Sequence record: PP456879.1
Length of the DNA stretch: 64,000 bases
Direction: 5' to 3' (one strand)
Below, piece by piece: positions 22,448 through 32,924 of the stretch. Under the pieces are notes generated by a model. It did not search any database. It was not told the origin of the DNA and saw nothing but the letters and a program-made list of their open reading frames with translations. Each line of letters opens with the position of its first letter. Positions within the stretch are counted from its first letter, which is position 1. A program made the position numbers and the translations under genes.

Positions 22448-23122
22448 ATGACTAAACGAGAATTGGTAGAAAAAGAATGCCTATGGATTATTGACATGTT
22501 TCTACCTGGTAGTAGTAATGTTGATATCTATAAAGAAATGTTTGCACGAATGAATGATGAGGAATTTGAGGAGTGGATTAATAAGTTAGATTCTGGTGAA
22601 GAGATGTTGGCATTATATGCTCCTAACTTATGCACTAAGCCTAAATTAACTATTAAGCAAAATTATAAAGTTGCTAAAGCGATTGGTCATAATTTATTCC
22701 AACACATCATTTTAACTGATCCAGGTACTGGCCAGGTATATCGAACTGCTAATAAACATTTAGTTGGTTTAATACCAATCCGTCGTCAAGTACAAATGCT
22801 TGAGAAAAAGAAAAGTATTCCAGGTTCTAGTCACGTGATTGACCAGAGGTCAGGGCAGGTAACTGGTGATTCTAAAGGATCCCGTATGTCTGCACCAGAG
22901 ATTCAAGTTAACGCTTCAAAAGGTCTCCGTTATTCCATGATCGAATTCATGAAACTGCGTGGTGGCGACCAGAAGGCGTATAATGCAATGAACCGCTCTA
23001 TTATCGAAACTGGTAGTGCTTCTGTTGATTCCATCATGTCCACTTATGATACTACTGTGCAATCTAATAAAACATTTGCATGTTATCTAAAAGGCATGAT
23101 GCTACAAAATAACTTGGTGTAA
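22448..23122 (+). CDS. gp149: Virion RNA polymerase beta subunit, C-terminal fragment
   Basis: RSGQVTGDSKGSRMSAPE and KLRGGD match the beta C-terminal (switch 3/clamp) motifs; size and position fit phiKZ gp149. Confidence 0.85.
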   Translation: MTKRELVEKECLWIIDMFLPGSSNVDIYKEMFARMNDEEFEEWINKLDSGEEMLALYAPNLCTKPKLTIKQNYKVAKAIGHNLFQHIILTDPGTGQVYRTANKHLVGLIPIRRQVQMLEKKKSIPGSSHVIDQRSGQVTGDSKGSRMSAPEIQVNASKGLRYSMIEFMKLRGGDQKAYNAMNRSIIETGSASVDSIMSTYDTTVQSNKTFACYLKGMMLQNNLV

Positions 23123-23124
23123 TT

Positions 23125-23631
23125 ATGAATAATCGCCAGATTTATGAAGATATGTGCGAAGCTTTAATTGTATCTAATACTGAGTTAGTAAATGGATACA
23201 GTGCTGAAATCATTGCGGATATTTTGGATTTACTAAATAACTGGAGTACCAATACTCATTGGTATCACATTGCTGATAAAACAGTTATTAGGGATATCTG
23301 GAATTTATTCCGTAATAAAGGTAATCGTCTTCAACCTATCTTAAGTTTAGTTAGTCGATTTAAGATGGCTGTTAATGATTGGGATGGTGTGGTGAAATTA
23401 CTAGCTGATTCTATTTATCCTTATCAGCCTAATTCAACTATTGTTGACCAAGAAATGTTAGCGCGATTAATTCCACGAAAAGAATTAACTGACATTTTAT
23501 ACCAAAATGATTGGTTAGTTTGGATTATTTGCCAATGTTTAAATATCCGTTATATTACTAATATGGTTGAATCTATCCCAGTTCAAGCTAAGCCATCTAA
23601 AAAGAAGGCGGTAAATAATAATGTTTCGTAA
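23125..23631 (+). CDS. Hypothetical protein
   Basis: 168-aa ORF coupled to gp149. Confidence 0.8.
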   Translation: MNNRQIYEDMCEALIVSNTELVNGYSAEIIADILDLLNNWSTNTHWYHIADKTVIRDIWNLFRNKGNRLQPILSLVSRFKMAVNDWDGVVKLLADSIYPYQPNSTIVDQEMLARLIPRKELTDILYQNDWLVWIICQCLNIRYITNMVESIPVQAKPSKKKAVNNNVS

Positions 23632-24337
23632 AATCTTAATTGATCTTGACTCACTATTAGATACACGGTTAGGAACCATTAGGTTACTAAATAAAGATGC
23701 AGCTAATAAGCTTGTTACCAATGGTCAAATTTACTGGCATAGGGAAATGGATGATTGGACTAAACTAACAGATGGTTTAGTAACTAATGAACAATTTGTC
23801 GAAGCTTATTCTAAACGTGGTGGTGAAAATACTGCTGACACTATCAATAGTTCTATATTCACTGGTATCATTCCATTTATTATTCAATTAATAGCCCAAT
23901 CAGATTTGAATAGATTAGATGGTATAGTTAATGCTAATTTTGAAACATGTCTTGAAGTCAATATCTGGCCATATGAATTGACACCAGATGCTCAAGATGA
24001 ATTACTATACTGCTTACATAAGTACATTGGTGATCATATTCAGATCACCCTGATTAATACTCCATTAACAGACCTTACTTGTTCTAGATTAAACTCTATC
24101 TATTCAATGGCGATTATGTATAATTTTGGAGAATGGTGTAAAACCCATGTTCTTGAATTAGGACAAGTGTTGATGCCTGACTTTACTATTATTGGTCCAA
24201 AGCTATTTGAGAAAGATGTAAGTGAATTAGCTGTTGAAGATAAACAGTTTATTATCATGGATTTCCAGTTAAAGCATAAACTTAATATCGACTTTGATTT
24301 CATCGATGCTGAATACTTTTCCATGTTTAAGCCATGA
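23621..24337 (+). CDS. HAD-like protein (N-terminal DxD motif)
   Basis: ILIDLDSLLDTRLG resembles HAD motif I. Confidence 0.55.
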   Translation: MFRKILIDLDSLLDTRLGTIRLLNKDAANKLVTNGQIYWHREMDDWTKLTDGLVTNEQFVEAYSKRGGENTADTINSSIFTGIIPFIIQLIAQSDLNRLDGIVNANFETCLEVNIWPYELTPDAQDELLYCLHKYIGDHIQITLINTPLTDLTCSRLNSIYSMAIMYNFGEWCKTHVLELGQVLMPDFTIIGPKLFEKDVSELAVEDKQFIIMDFQLKHKLNIDFDFIDAEYFSMFKP

Positions 24338-24343
24338 TACCCA

Positions 24344-24370
24344 ATAGAAAGCCCTATTAGGGCTTTCTAT
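24344..24370 (+). terminator. Hairpin terminator
   Basis: ATAGAAAGCCCT-att-AGGGCTTTCTAT followed by a T-tract. Confidence 0.8.
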
Positions 24371-24438
24371 GCTTTTTTTAGATATAACTGGTATGACGGC
24401 ATGGTTAACAATGAATCAACCTTAAAAGACAAAATAAA

Positions 24439-24458
24439 GCCCTCCCCGAAGGGAGGGC
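24439..24458 (-). terminator. Hairpin terminator (cUUCGg)
   Basis: GCCCTCCC-cgaa-GGGAGGGC after the fibre gene stop. Confidence 0.85.
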
Positions 24459-24469
24459 AATATGTCGTT

Positions 24470-27400
24470 TTAAATAACAGCACCTTTGGAAACTATCCAG
24501 TTAGTACCATCCCATAAGAGGGTAAGAACTGTTTTAGTATCACCTAGGTCATCTACTATTACTGGAGTACCATTGTTCCATTGTAACACTGCACTAGAAA
24601 GTGTTGGCATAGCTACCTTACCAAGCAATACAAGAACAGCTGTGATCATACGATCAACAGGTCCATTCTCTAGTGTAATGGTTTGGTTAGCAGCAGTTTG
24701 AACCCTATAGCACTGTTGGTTAGCTGGTGTTAGAGTTAAAGCTGTACCAGTGAATGTACTTGATTTTAGGCTATATGCATCGAATGATTTATCTAGCTTC
24801 TTCCAAGTAATATTAGTACCAGTACGGCTACGTAGCCAATCACCATCAGCGGTTACATCATTATTCGGCCCTTGGAATAGAGTCCATGATTTAGCCGCAG
24901 CATTACGTAGGAATAGTTGTCCACTAGTAGCATCAGCTTGATCAACTATAATAGTTACAGGTGTCCATTTAGAACCACTAGCTGTTTTCTCACGTACATA
25001 GTTAGTGCCATTAGCACCTTCACTAGGTACTTCACCAATAACTGCGGCTGGTACAGCTACCCATTCACCATTTTGCATACCCATTAGAGTATCATCGGTT
25101 TGCAGAGGTGCTACATCAACCCAGTTACCAGCTACACGACCTTGAGGCTTAGTAGCTTGTGCAGTATCGCGTACTACATCTGAAGGAATTTCTGGGAATG
25201 TAATGGTAGCCCATTCAGTTTCACCCCCTGCAATACCTTTACGAACGTATTGTGCATTAACAACTGGACTAGGTACAGCATCAATGGCAGGTGTTGGTAA
25301 TTCAATAGCAGTCCATTCAACAGCCCCGTCAGCGGTTGCTTTACGGCGACCATAGAAGACACCTACTTCAGCATCTACCACCTCATCAACAGGTAGTTCA
25401 GTCCAACCGAGTTTGTACCGAACCATTTTCTTATCGACATCTTCTGGATCGACTTCACTAACTGGAACTGACATTAATTTGTAGAATACAACCCAGTTAG
25501 CATCTTTATACCAAACGGTACCAGTTTTGTCGATACACCAGTCACCACGATTACCATCGATAGAAGTGGGTGCAGTTTGACCTTCAGGTAGAATTACCCA
25601 AGAGGATCCACGTTCACCTTTCTGACCGGTTTTACCAGGGATACCTGGAACACCTTGTTTGCCCTCAGGACCTTCAGGACCCTGCGGACCCATGGCTAAG
25701 ACACCTAGGCTTTCCCAAGTAAATGTACCTTCAGTATCGATACTTACAAATACTTCTACTTGTCCTTCAGTATTGGTGCGAATGGCAATACCTTTACCTA
25801 CGTTATCAGCAGATGCTACTGGTTTACCAGCATCATCACCAACATAGATAATTAATAGACCACCACCTTGTTTACCTTCAGGACCTTGTGGGCCTTCGAC
25901 ACCCTGGATACCCTGCTCACCATTTAGATTAATTGGGCCGATATAGCCATCAATTTCCTGACCTTGGTAAGTATAGAGCATTGTACCTTCGTTAGTTTCA
26001 ACCCAGTATGAATCACCAGTTACTAAGTCAGGATCAGTGTCTTTCTTTGGTAGTTGTGAAGCATCGGTTAAAACACCTTTAATGTTTAAACCTTCACCCG
26101 GTTTACCTTGCGGACCTGCCATAATACCAATGCTAGTCCAGCGACTACCGTCCATGTTAACAAATACTTCGCCCGTGGACTTAACAGTATATGCTTTCCA
26201 TTGGTTATCGGCAAGTGCTTCTGGTGGGGTATCTTCAGGAGTGTCAATCGCTGCGATGATCTGGATAGGTTCACCAGCGGGACCTTGTGGGCCTTCTGGT
26301 CCCTCGGGTCCTTCTGGTCCCTGATCACCGTCTTTACCAGGTGCGCCATCTTCACCTTTAGGACCTCGATGTGTACCACTATTTACCCAATTACCATCTA
26401 TCTTAACAAATAAGGTAGATGTGTCTTGTGTGAAGTACGCTGCCTGATCAGGAGCATCTGCCGGCAGGGCTGCCTCATTGGCAACAGCACCAGTAATAAC
26501 TACGTTCTTACCATGTAGACTGATTAACCATTCACCCTCAGTACCAGTGAAGCCATTGTCCAATGCTACTTGGAAAGCCGATTTACCTTGTGCCCCTGGT
26601 TCACCAGGTAGACCTTGTTCGCCATCTTCACCTTGCGGACCTTCAGGGCCCTGCGGGCCACGGAATGAACCCATGGCTGTCCATGAGATATCAACAGTCG
26701 GATCTTGGCCAGTCAGTACATAAACCGTATTGGTGGAACGTACTGAAACACCTTGGTATTGTTCTACACCAGTGGTGGTTAATAGATCATCAGCAGTTTC
26801 AACTGCTTTAACTACTTCTAAGTTACGACCTTGTGGACCAGGTTCACCTTGTTTACCATCGGGACCCGGATCACCTGTATTACCTGGTTTACCTTGTGGG
26901 CCCTCAGGGCCTTGGAAAGTACCTAGGTCTGACCATGCCCCTTTTACAAAGATGAATAGATGTTCTGGTTTACCAGCTTCCATAGTAACTAAGTATGCTT
27001 CTGATTCTTTAGCTACAGATGGATCAGGTAAATCAGCTGGTGATGGTAGTGAATCCTTAATGGTAAACGGCATTGCTGGTTCACCCTGAGGACCTTCAGG
27101 ACCAATTTCACCATCTTTACCTTGCGGACCCTCAGGGCCCTCAGGTCCACGTTCACCCTGTGGTGTAACTGGGAACCAATCATAGTCATCAATAGTTGGA
27201 TTCTCTGGCGGATTATTACCTGAGATAAGCATCCACGCCCAGAGTTGATTATTCCATGAGTAAGCATCTCCAGGTTTATTACTTTCAGTCTTAGGTAATT
27301 CTAAGTTATTAGGCCAACGACCACGGATAACCAGACCAGTACCATCTGGACCACGAAGTGAACCTGTTTCAACCCAACGACCTTTTACAGGGGGATCTTC

Positions 27401-27751
27401 ATTACCTAGCGGTGATTCCCATACCCATAGCCGATCTTCAACGAACCAAGCATCACCGACATTATGCGTATCTAATGGTTTAATATCTTGTTCGAATGTT
27501 GCTAGATCAACATTAGCGATAATGTTAATAGCCGGACCAACTGGGCCAGGGGGACCTTGATCGCCATCTTTACCCGGCTGACCATCTTCACCCTTTAATC
27601 CAGGTATAGTAACAGGATCAACGAAAGTGGTATTAAGACCCACCCCGGTAGAAACCGGGATGTGTCCATTAACTACAGAAGTGGGTTCATCAATTGATGA
27701 TACCCGTTTGGGGAGTTCCCCGTTTACATAATCTTCAAATGCAGAAGCCAT
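24470..27751 (-). CDS. Collagen-like fibre protein (phiKZ gp146-like)
   Basis: 1093 aa; about eight Gly-X-Y runs alternating with ~50-60-aa globular modules; C-terminal YVR..W repeats. Confidence 0.85.
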   Translation of the reverse strand: MASAFEDYVNGELPKRVSSIDEPTSVVNGHIPVSTGVGLNTTFVDPVTIPGLKGEDGQPGKDGDQGPPGPVGPAINIIANVDLATFEQDIKPLDTHNVGDAWFVEDRLWVWESPLGNEDPPVKGRWVETGSLRGPDGTGLVIRGRWPNNLELPKTESNKPGDAYSWNNQLWAWMLISGNNPPENPTIDDYDWFPVTPQGERGPEGPEGPQGKDGEIGPEGPQGEPAMPFTIKDSLPSPADLPDPSVAKESEAYLVTMEAGKPEHLFIFVKGAWSDLGTFQGPEGPQGKPGNTGDPGPDGKQGEPGPQGRNLEVVKAVETADDLLTTTGVEQYQGVSVRSTNTVYVLTGQDPTVDISWTAMGSFRGPQGPEGPQGEDGEQGLPGEPGAQGKSAFQVALDNGFTGTEGEWLISLHGKNVVITGAVANEAALPADAPDQAAYFTQDTSTLFVKIDGNWVNSGTHRGPKGEDGAPGKDGDQGPEGPEGPEGPQGPAGEPIQIIAAIDTPEDTPPEALADNQWKAYTVKSTGEVFVNMDGSRWTSIGIMAGPQGKPGEGLNIKGVLTDASQLPKKDTDPDLVTGDSYWVETNEGTMLYTYQGQEIDGYIGPINLNGEQGIQGVEGPQGPEGKQGGGLLIIYVGDDAGKPVASADNVGKGIAIRTNTEGQVEVFVSIDTEGTFTWESLGVLAMGPQGPEGPEGKQGVPGIPGKTGQKGERGSSWVILPEGQTAPTSIDGNRGDWCIDKTGTVWYKDANWVVFYKLMSVPVSEVDPEDVDKKMVRYKLGWTELPVDEVVDAEVGVFYGRRKATADGAVEWTAIELPTPAIDAVPSPVVNAQYVRKGIAGGETEWATITFPEIPSDVVRDTAQATKPQGRVAGNWVDVAPLQTDDTLMGMQNGEWVAVPAAVIGEVPSEGANGTNYVREKTASGSKWTPVTIIVDQADATSGQLFLRNAAAKSWTLFQGPNNDVTADGDWLRSRTGTNITWKKLDKSFDAYSLKSSTFTGTALTLTPANQQCYRVQTAANQTITLENGPVDRMITAVLVLLGKVAMPTLSSAVLQWNNGTPVIVDDLGDTKTVLTLLWDGTNWIVSKGAVI

Positions 27752-30120
27752 TATACTACTTCCTCAAGTTCGATTTTCATCAGTCCAGTGGTGTTGGATA
27801 CAGCATTTGCTGAGTCACAGTTATACCACTTATTGCCATCCTTGATGGTGTAGGTGTCAACTTGATTTGCATCGTCCGCCTTATAAGTGAAGTTTAAGCT
27901 ACCAGTAGAACCTTTAGATAGGTTACTGCAACGTAGTTTACCAGTATTGGTTACTTCAGTACCAATATCAGTTTCACGGTTCGGCCAAGCAGCCACACTT
28001 AGAGTGCGGAATACAAATCCACCTAGTACGTAAGTACCACCATTTACACTATTAGCTTCAACACCAGCTAAACCTTTTAGAACCACACTGTTAAAATCGT
28101 AGGTTCCTTTAGGATCATCGTCATGTACTAGTAATGCACGTGTCCATACCTTACCAGTGGCATCAGATTTCCAATCCTCAGTAGCCCACTTACCGCCAGG
28201 CGCATTCATGGCCGGAGCTGCACTTAGTTTCTGAGTAGAGGTTAAAGTAATGACATGACTTTGTACTTGGGTTCCAAAGTTACCACCTGAACGAAGGCGA
28301 GCAGCAGGGTAGGTAACCGTCGCAGTAGGTACCGCATTTGCAATAGCTACAACAGCAGTAGCCGTAGCTACACTACCATTAGCTGCACGTTTAGCAGTAA
28401 TTAATAGGTTATTAGTGCTGTCGTTATAAGTACCAGACTTATAAGTAACTACCTTAGCAATTTCTGCTTCATTTGCACTGGTTATAGTGAGCTGATCATT
28501 TGGTGAGGAATAAACCACACTATCAGCATTAGATACTGTATTGGCTACAGTAGCAGTTTCACCTACTTTAATAGCACTTTGACCAGACGGATAAGTTACT
28601 TGACCAATATTAACAACTGGGCGAAGATCGTTTAACTGCATGGTGTTAATTTTATCTTCGGAACCAGTATCACTGGAAGTAAACCATTCTGACCATGACC
28701 CAGTTGATTTCTGAACACGTACACGGAAACCATATGCCTTAGTAGTATTACCACGATCAGCTACGTAAAGACCAGTAACCTCTAGTTCTTTAGTAGGTGC
28801 AACAGTGCCACTACTTTCTTTCAGTGCACCAAAGTCAGCAATTTCGTATGCTACTATATTTTCATCAGTAACAACTTTAATTGCAACAAGGTCATCTTCT
28901 TTAAGTTCTGTTTGACCTAACGGATAACCGCCAGTAAATACAGCACTGGTAATATTAGCGGGAGTATCGGCTAATACCTTAGTAGTGAATTTAGCCCCAT
29001 CGGCGTGTTCTACAACAATATCAGCATAACCTTCAGTAGTAGGTGCACCAAGATCAATATCGGCGGTAGCAATCCACATGGGTGGATTAACGCCAGGAGT
29101 TACAACTGCATCTACGTTATTGATTTTAACACTAGGTACATAACTAGAATGTCCAGTTATTGCATCAACGATAACCCGAACATTACTAGTGGTCGATAGG
29201 CATGACTGTACGCTGTGTCCATCAGGGGTACGCACAATACTACCTACGTTCTGACTGGGATCAGTTGCTTGTACATCTTTGACGAATACACCGCCACTAA
29301 TACCTTCATTTTTAGGAAGGTTCTTAAGATCAACGGTCGTTTCATCAACGCCTTCAACAATACGGATATTACCGTCATTCTTGAATGCAATGTAATCAGT
29401 TAAACTACCAATCTGGAATTCACCATTGTCATAAATACGAATTTCAGACTCAGGTAATTCGGGTAATGCACCTTGCGTAGTGGGCGCAGAAGCGTTCTTT
29501 AGATAAGAATAACCTTCTGCTTCCATACGACCTTGTTCCATCATACGCTGAGGTATTTTATCACCAGCAGTTAAGTCGTCTTGATTTAGACGCTTATCAA
29601 ACAGGAAAGCAAAGTTATGGAAAGCAGCGTTGGATGATAATCCACCATTCTTGCCAGTTACACGCAGTACATCTTTAACTGTGTAACCTTGTTGATTTAA
29701 GAGCGACTGGAGTAGTTCAGCAGTCATGGTTGCATGCAGTGATGTTAACCATTCCTGTTCAGTACCTTGGAAACCGTTTTCCACAGCTACTTCATATGCA
29801 CTCTTACCAGCATCACCTTTAAGGGATGCTATAAACTCTTCTTCAGTACCAACGAAACCTAGATCGACTGCGATTTGATAAGAAGATTTACCTTTAAGCG
29901 AATCAAGCCATTCGGTTTCAGTTCCCTGGAAACCATTTTTAACGGCAATCTCGTACGCACTAAGACCGGGTGCTCCAGTCTGTAGTTTTGACAGCAGAAA
30001 CTTATAGTTATCGACTTGACCAGCTGCATCGGTATGAATTAATTCAATATACTCGCTATCGTTAAGAGTAGCTAGATCCGGCAGTTGACTGATCTTGCCT
30101 TTGTCTGTAGCATTTGCCAT
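27751..30120 (-). CDS. Fibre/structural protein (phiKZ gp145-like)
   Basis: 789 aa; N-terminal KISQLP motif, three SAYEIAVxNGFxGTExEWLxSL repeats, beta-rich C-terminus. Confidence 0.8.
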   Translation of the reverse strand: MANATDKGKISQLPDLATLNDSEYIELIHTDAAGQVDNYKFLLSKLQTGAPGLSAYEIAVKNGFQGTETEWLDSLKGKSSYQIAVDLGFVGTEEEFIASLKGDAGKSAYEVAVENGFQGTEQEWLTSLHATMTAELLQSLLNQQGYTVKDVLRVTGKNGGLSSNAAFHNFAFLFDKRLNQDDLTAGDKIPQRMMEQGRMEAEGYSYLKNASAPTTQGALPELPESEIRIYDNGEFQIGSLTDYIAFKNDGNIRIVEGVDETTVDLKNLPKNEGISGGVFVKDVQATDPSQNVGSIVRTPDGHSVQSCLSTTSNVRVIVDAITGHSSYVPSVKINNVDAVVTPGVNPPMWIATADIDLGAPTTEGYADIVVEHADGAKFTTKVLADTPANITSAVFTGGYPLGQTELKEDDLVAIKVVTDENIVAYEIADFGALKESSGTVAPTKELEVTGLYVADRGNTTKAYGFRVRVQKSTGSWSEWFTSSDTGSEDKINTMQLNDLRPVVNIGQVTYPSGQSAIKVGETATVANTVSNADSVVYSSPNDQLTITSANEAEIAKVVTYKSGTYNDSTNNLLITAKRAANGSVATATAVVAIANAVPTATVTYPAARLRSGGNFGTQVQSHVITLTSTQKLSAAPAMNAPGGKWATEDWKSDATGKVWTRALLVHDDDPKGTYDFNSVVLKGLAGVEANSVNGGTYVLGGFVFRTLSVAAWPNRETDIGTEVTNTGKLRCSNLSKGSTGSLNFTYKADDANQVDTYTIKDGNKWYNCDSANAVSNTTGLMKIELEEVV

Positions 30121-30222
30121 TTTTATTTCCTTGCTGTATAAGAAACACTAACATGTTAGTCTTTCGAAGAAGACTCATACAGTAATGTACTATTGCTAAT
30201 GAGTAATATTTTAACAACATAA

Positions 30223-30242
30223 GAGAGTCCCGAAGGACTCTC
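30223..30242 (-). terminator. Hairpin terminator (cUUCGg) after the endolysin gene
   Basis: GAGAGTCC-cgaa-GGACTCTC. Confidence 0.8.
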
Positions 30243-30325
30243 AAAAAGTTACATTGACACAAGATGTGGTTTATCATGAGGGGAAGTTTCACATGATACC
30301 ATAGACTCCATTCTATTGCTACATC

Positions 30326-31147
<822 letters not shown>

Positions 31148-31169
31148 TTAGGTTCATTGAGGGTATTAC

Positions 31170-31703
31170 TTAACTTTCTAGATAACGGATTTGACCATTT
31201 TCTAGATAACGTGCTGCACCATTCTCTAATAGTCGGATAGTATCTGACGTATCATCAATACGTTGGATTAGTATATTACATTCACCATAGTAAGCATAGC
31301 TACTCGACATAGCTACTATCGTGTATGGAACAACATCCGTAGTTGCATTGATTGGTGTTGTATCAAATGAAACATCATCTGGACCAAGCTTCCAACCTCG
31401 TGAACGGTTAATTTCTTCAGCAATTGCTTTAGGTGTTAAAGTACCAACTATCTTAAGGATAGATCCTTCACCAATAGCACGTGGATCAGCAAAATCTAAC
31501 CGACGGTAAGTTAACATGTACTTAATGTCAGTAGTGATGTCGATCATTTCAATAAATGTACGTCCAGGCTCAATCGTGGTTGGACTAAAAAACATATCTT
31601 CAAATGTAACTGTTTCTGGTTTGAAGTTTATTTTTAAATCATCCCGCGCAAGTTTTACTAGCGCATTCCTCGATGCCATGTCATACGGAAAGATATCCTG
31701 CAT
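31170..31703 (-). CDS. Virion structural protein with C-terminal RxLENG repeats (phiKZ gp143-like)
   Basis: 177 aa; LTYRRLDF motif; ends RLLENGAARYLENGQIRYLES. Confidence 0.75.
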   Translation of the reverse strand: MQDIFPYDMASRNALVKLARDDLKINFKPETVTFEDMFFSPTTIEPGRTFIEMIDITTDIKYMLTYRRLDFADPRAIGEGSILKIVGTLTPKAIAEEINRSRGWKLGPDDVSFDTTPINATTDVVPYTIVAMSSSYAYYGECNILIQRIDDTSDTIRLLENGAARYLENGQIRYLES

Positions 31704-31750
31704 GTCAAACCTCTATAGTGGTAAAATGTTTAATCCACATAGCATTATAA

Positions 31751-31775
31751 AGCCTTCCTCTTCAAGAGGAAGGCT
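31751..31775 (-). terminator. Hairpin terminator
   Basis: AGCCTTCCTCT-tca-AGAGGAAGGCT. Confidence 0.8.
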
Positions 31776-31785
31776 ATTATAGTTT

Positions 31786-32181
31786 TTATTGCATAAGCAT
31801 CTTTATTAATTCAAAGGTACCTTGCACAATAGTCTTTAACACATTGGCACTTTCTTCTGACATAGGTGCACCAGATAAAACTACCATAGTAGATACTGAT
31901 GCCCCAATAAGAGTAACGCCACCAGCTAATACCAATACCGCATTACGGTAAGAATCTTTAGCCTTCACTTCAGCAATTTCCCGGCTGAGAATTTTATATT
32001 GAAGATCTGAATCGGTAATAGCATAAATTAGACTAAGTACTTCCTCACCAGTTATACTTAGATTTATACGTTGTTCCTTTTCCAATACACTATTCAAATA
32101 GGTACGTATCTTCTTTCCATAGTCTTTAGAAGAAGATAAAGGATTACCATCGATCTCAATCAGAACGTCCTCTAGGGTCAT
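31786..32181 (-). CDS. Membrane protein in the lysis cluster (holin/antiholin candidate)
   Basis: Likely start MTLEDV at 32181 (GGAG SD); C-terminal hydrophobic VLVLAGGVTLIGASVSTMVVLSG. Confidence 0.6.
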   Translation of the reverse strand: MTLEDVLIEIDGNPLSSSKDYGKKIRTYLNSVLEKEQRINLSITGEEVLSLIYAITDSDLQYKILSREIAEVKAKDSYRNAVLVLAGGVTLIGASVSTMVVLSGAPMSEESANVLKTIVQGTFELIKMLMQ

Positions 32182-32518
32182 GACTATTCTCCAAATTACG
32201 TTGACGTTCGTTCCATTCACGCAATTTGTCTACTTGGATATTACATAGTCCAAGTGCATCAGTTTGTAAAAGCCAATGTTCGGTCATAAGTAAGAAACGT
32301 GCTTCATTCTCATCAGTAACCCCAACAGCTTTATATCTATCTAATGCATTGATGATCTCATTAGCTGTAGGTGGGGCTTCCACATCGCAAGGGAGAAGTA
32401 AACTACTTGGGATTGCAACTGGTATTTTCACGGGAGGCGGCACAGTAGTGCTCGTACATCCGTTTAGCAATAGCATTAATAGACTTATTAATGTTATCTT
32501 TTTTTGTGTCAGTTTCAT
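32156..32518 (-). CDS. o-spanin lipoprotein (Rz1-like), overlapping the i-spanin 3' end
   Basis: Start MKLTQKK at 32518; lipobox LLNG-C; Pro-rich PPPVKIP..LLLPC; C-terminal CNIQVDKLREW helix. Confidence 0.85.
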   Translation of the reverse strand: MKLTQKKITLISLLMLLLNGCTSTTVPPPVKIPVAIPSSLLLPCDVEAPPTANEIINALDRYKAVGVTDENEARFLLMTEHWLLQTDALGLCNIQVDKLREWNERQRNLENSHDPRGRSD

Positions 32519-32909
32519 GTTTAATCTCAGTAGTGGTGCTTTCCCCATTAGTTGTTTTAGCTTTAACCTCAGGCCATACAGGTGGAGTATATCCACGACC
32601 TGATAAACTAATGTACTCATCAATCACCTCAGTGCGTGATTGCGCCTGCTCTTTTTGTATCTCTTTCTTTTTAGTAATTAGTTCAGCTTGAATTTTATCG
32701 GAGATACGATCTGATTCAATCCTAACCTTTTCTGCCGCTTCATAAGATTTAATTTTTCCAATTAAATCTGTAGAGCGAACAAGTTCCGTCTCATAACTAT
32801 TTTTGTAATATATGATACCAATTAAGGCACCTATCAGAATAACTAATAGTAACCATATATGCAATGGCACGCTACCAATTATTTTTCGTATACCTGCTAA
32901 TAGGAACAT
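32403..32909 (-). CDS. i-spanin (Rz-like)
   Basis: N-terminal TM helix, coiled coil, two C-terminal Cys; overlaps a lipoprotein gene in another frame. Confidence 0.85.
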   Translation of the reverse strand: MFLLAGIRKIIGSVPLHIWLLLVILIGALIGIIYYKNSYETELVRSTDLIGKIKSYEAAEKVRIESDRISDKIQAELITKKKEIQKEQAQSRTEVIDEYISLSGRGYTPPVWPEVKAKTTNGESTTTEIKHETDTKKDNINKSINAIAKRMYEHYCAASRENTSCNPK

Positions 32910-32924
32910 TGTTACCTCGAATTG

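Noticed and set aside
24486-27267. Numerous 60-120 aa ORFs on both strands within the collagen fibre gene
   Set aside because: They are shadow frames produced by GC-rich Gly-Pro codon repeats; no SD sequences, and they lie entirely inside a long credible gene.
30062-30292. 76-aa minus-strand ORF between the endolysin and fibre genes
   Set aside because: It runs through the endolysin terminator and into the next gene out of frame; no SD.
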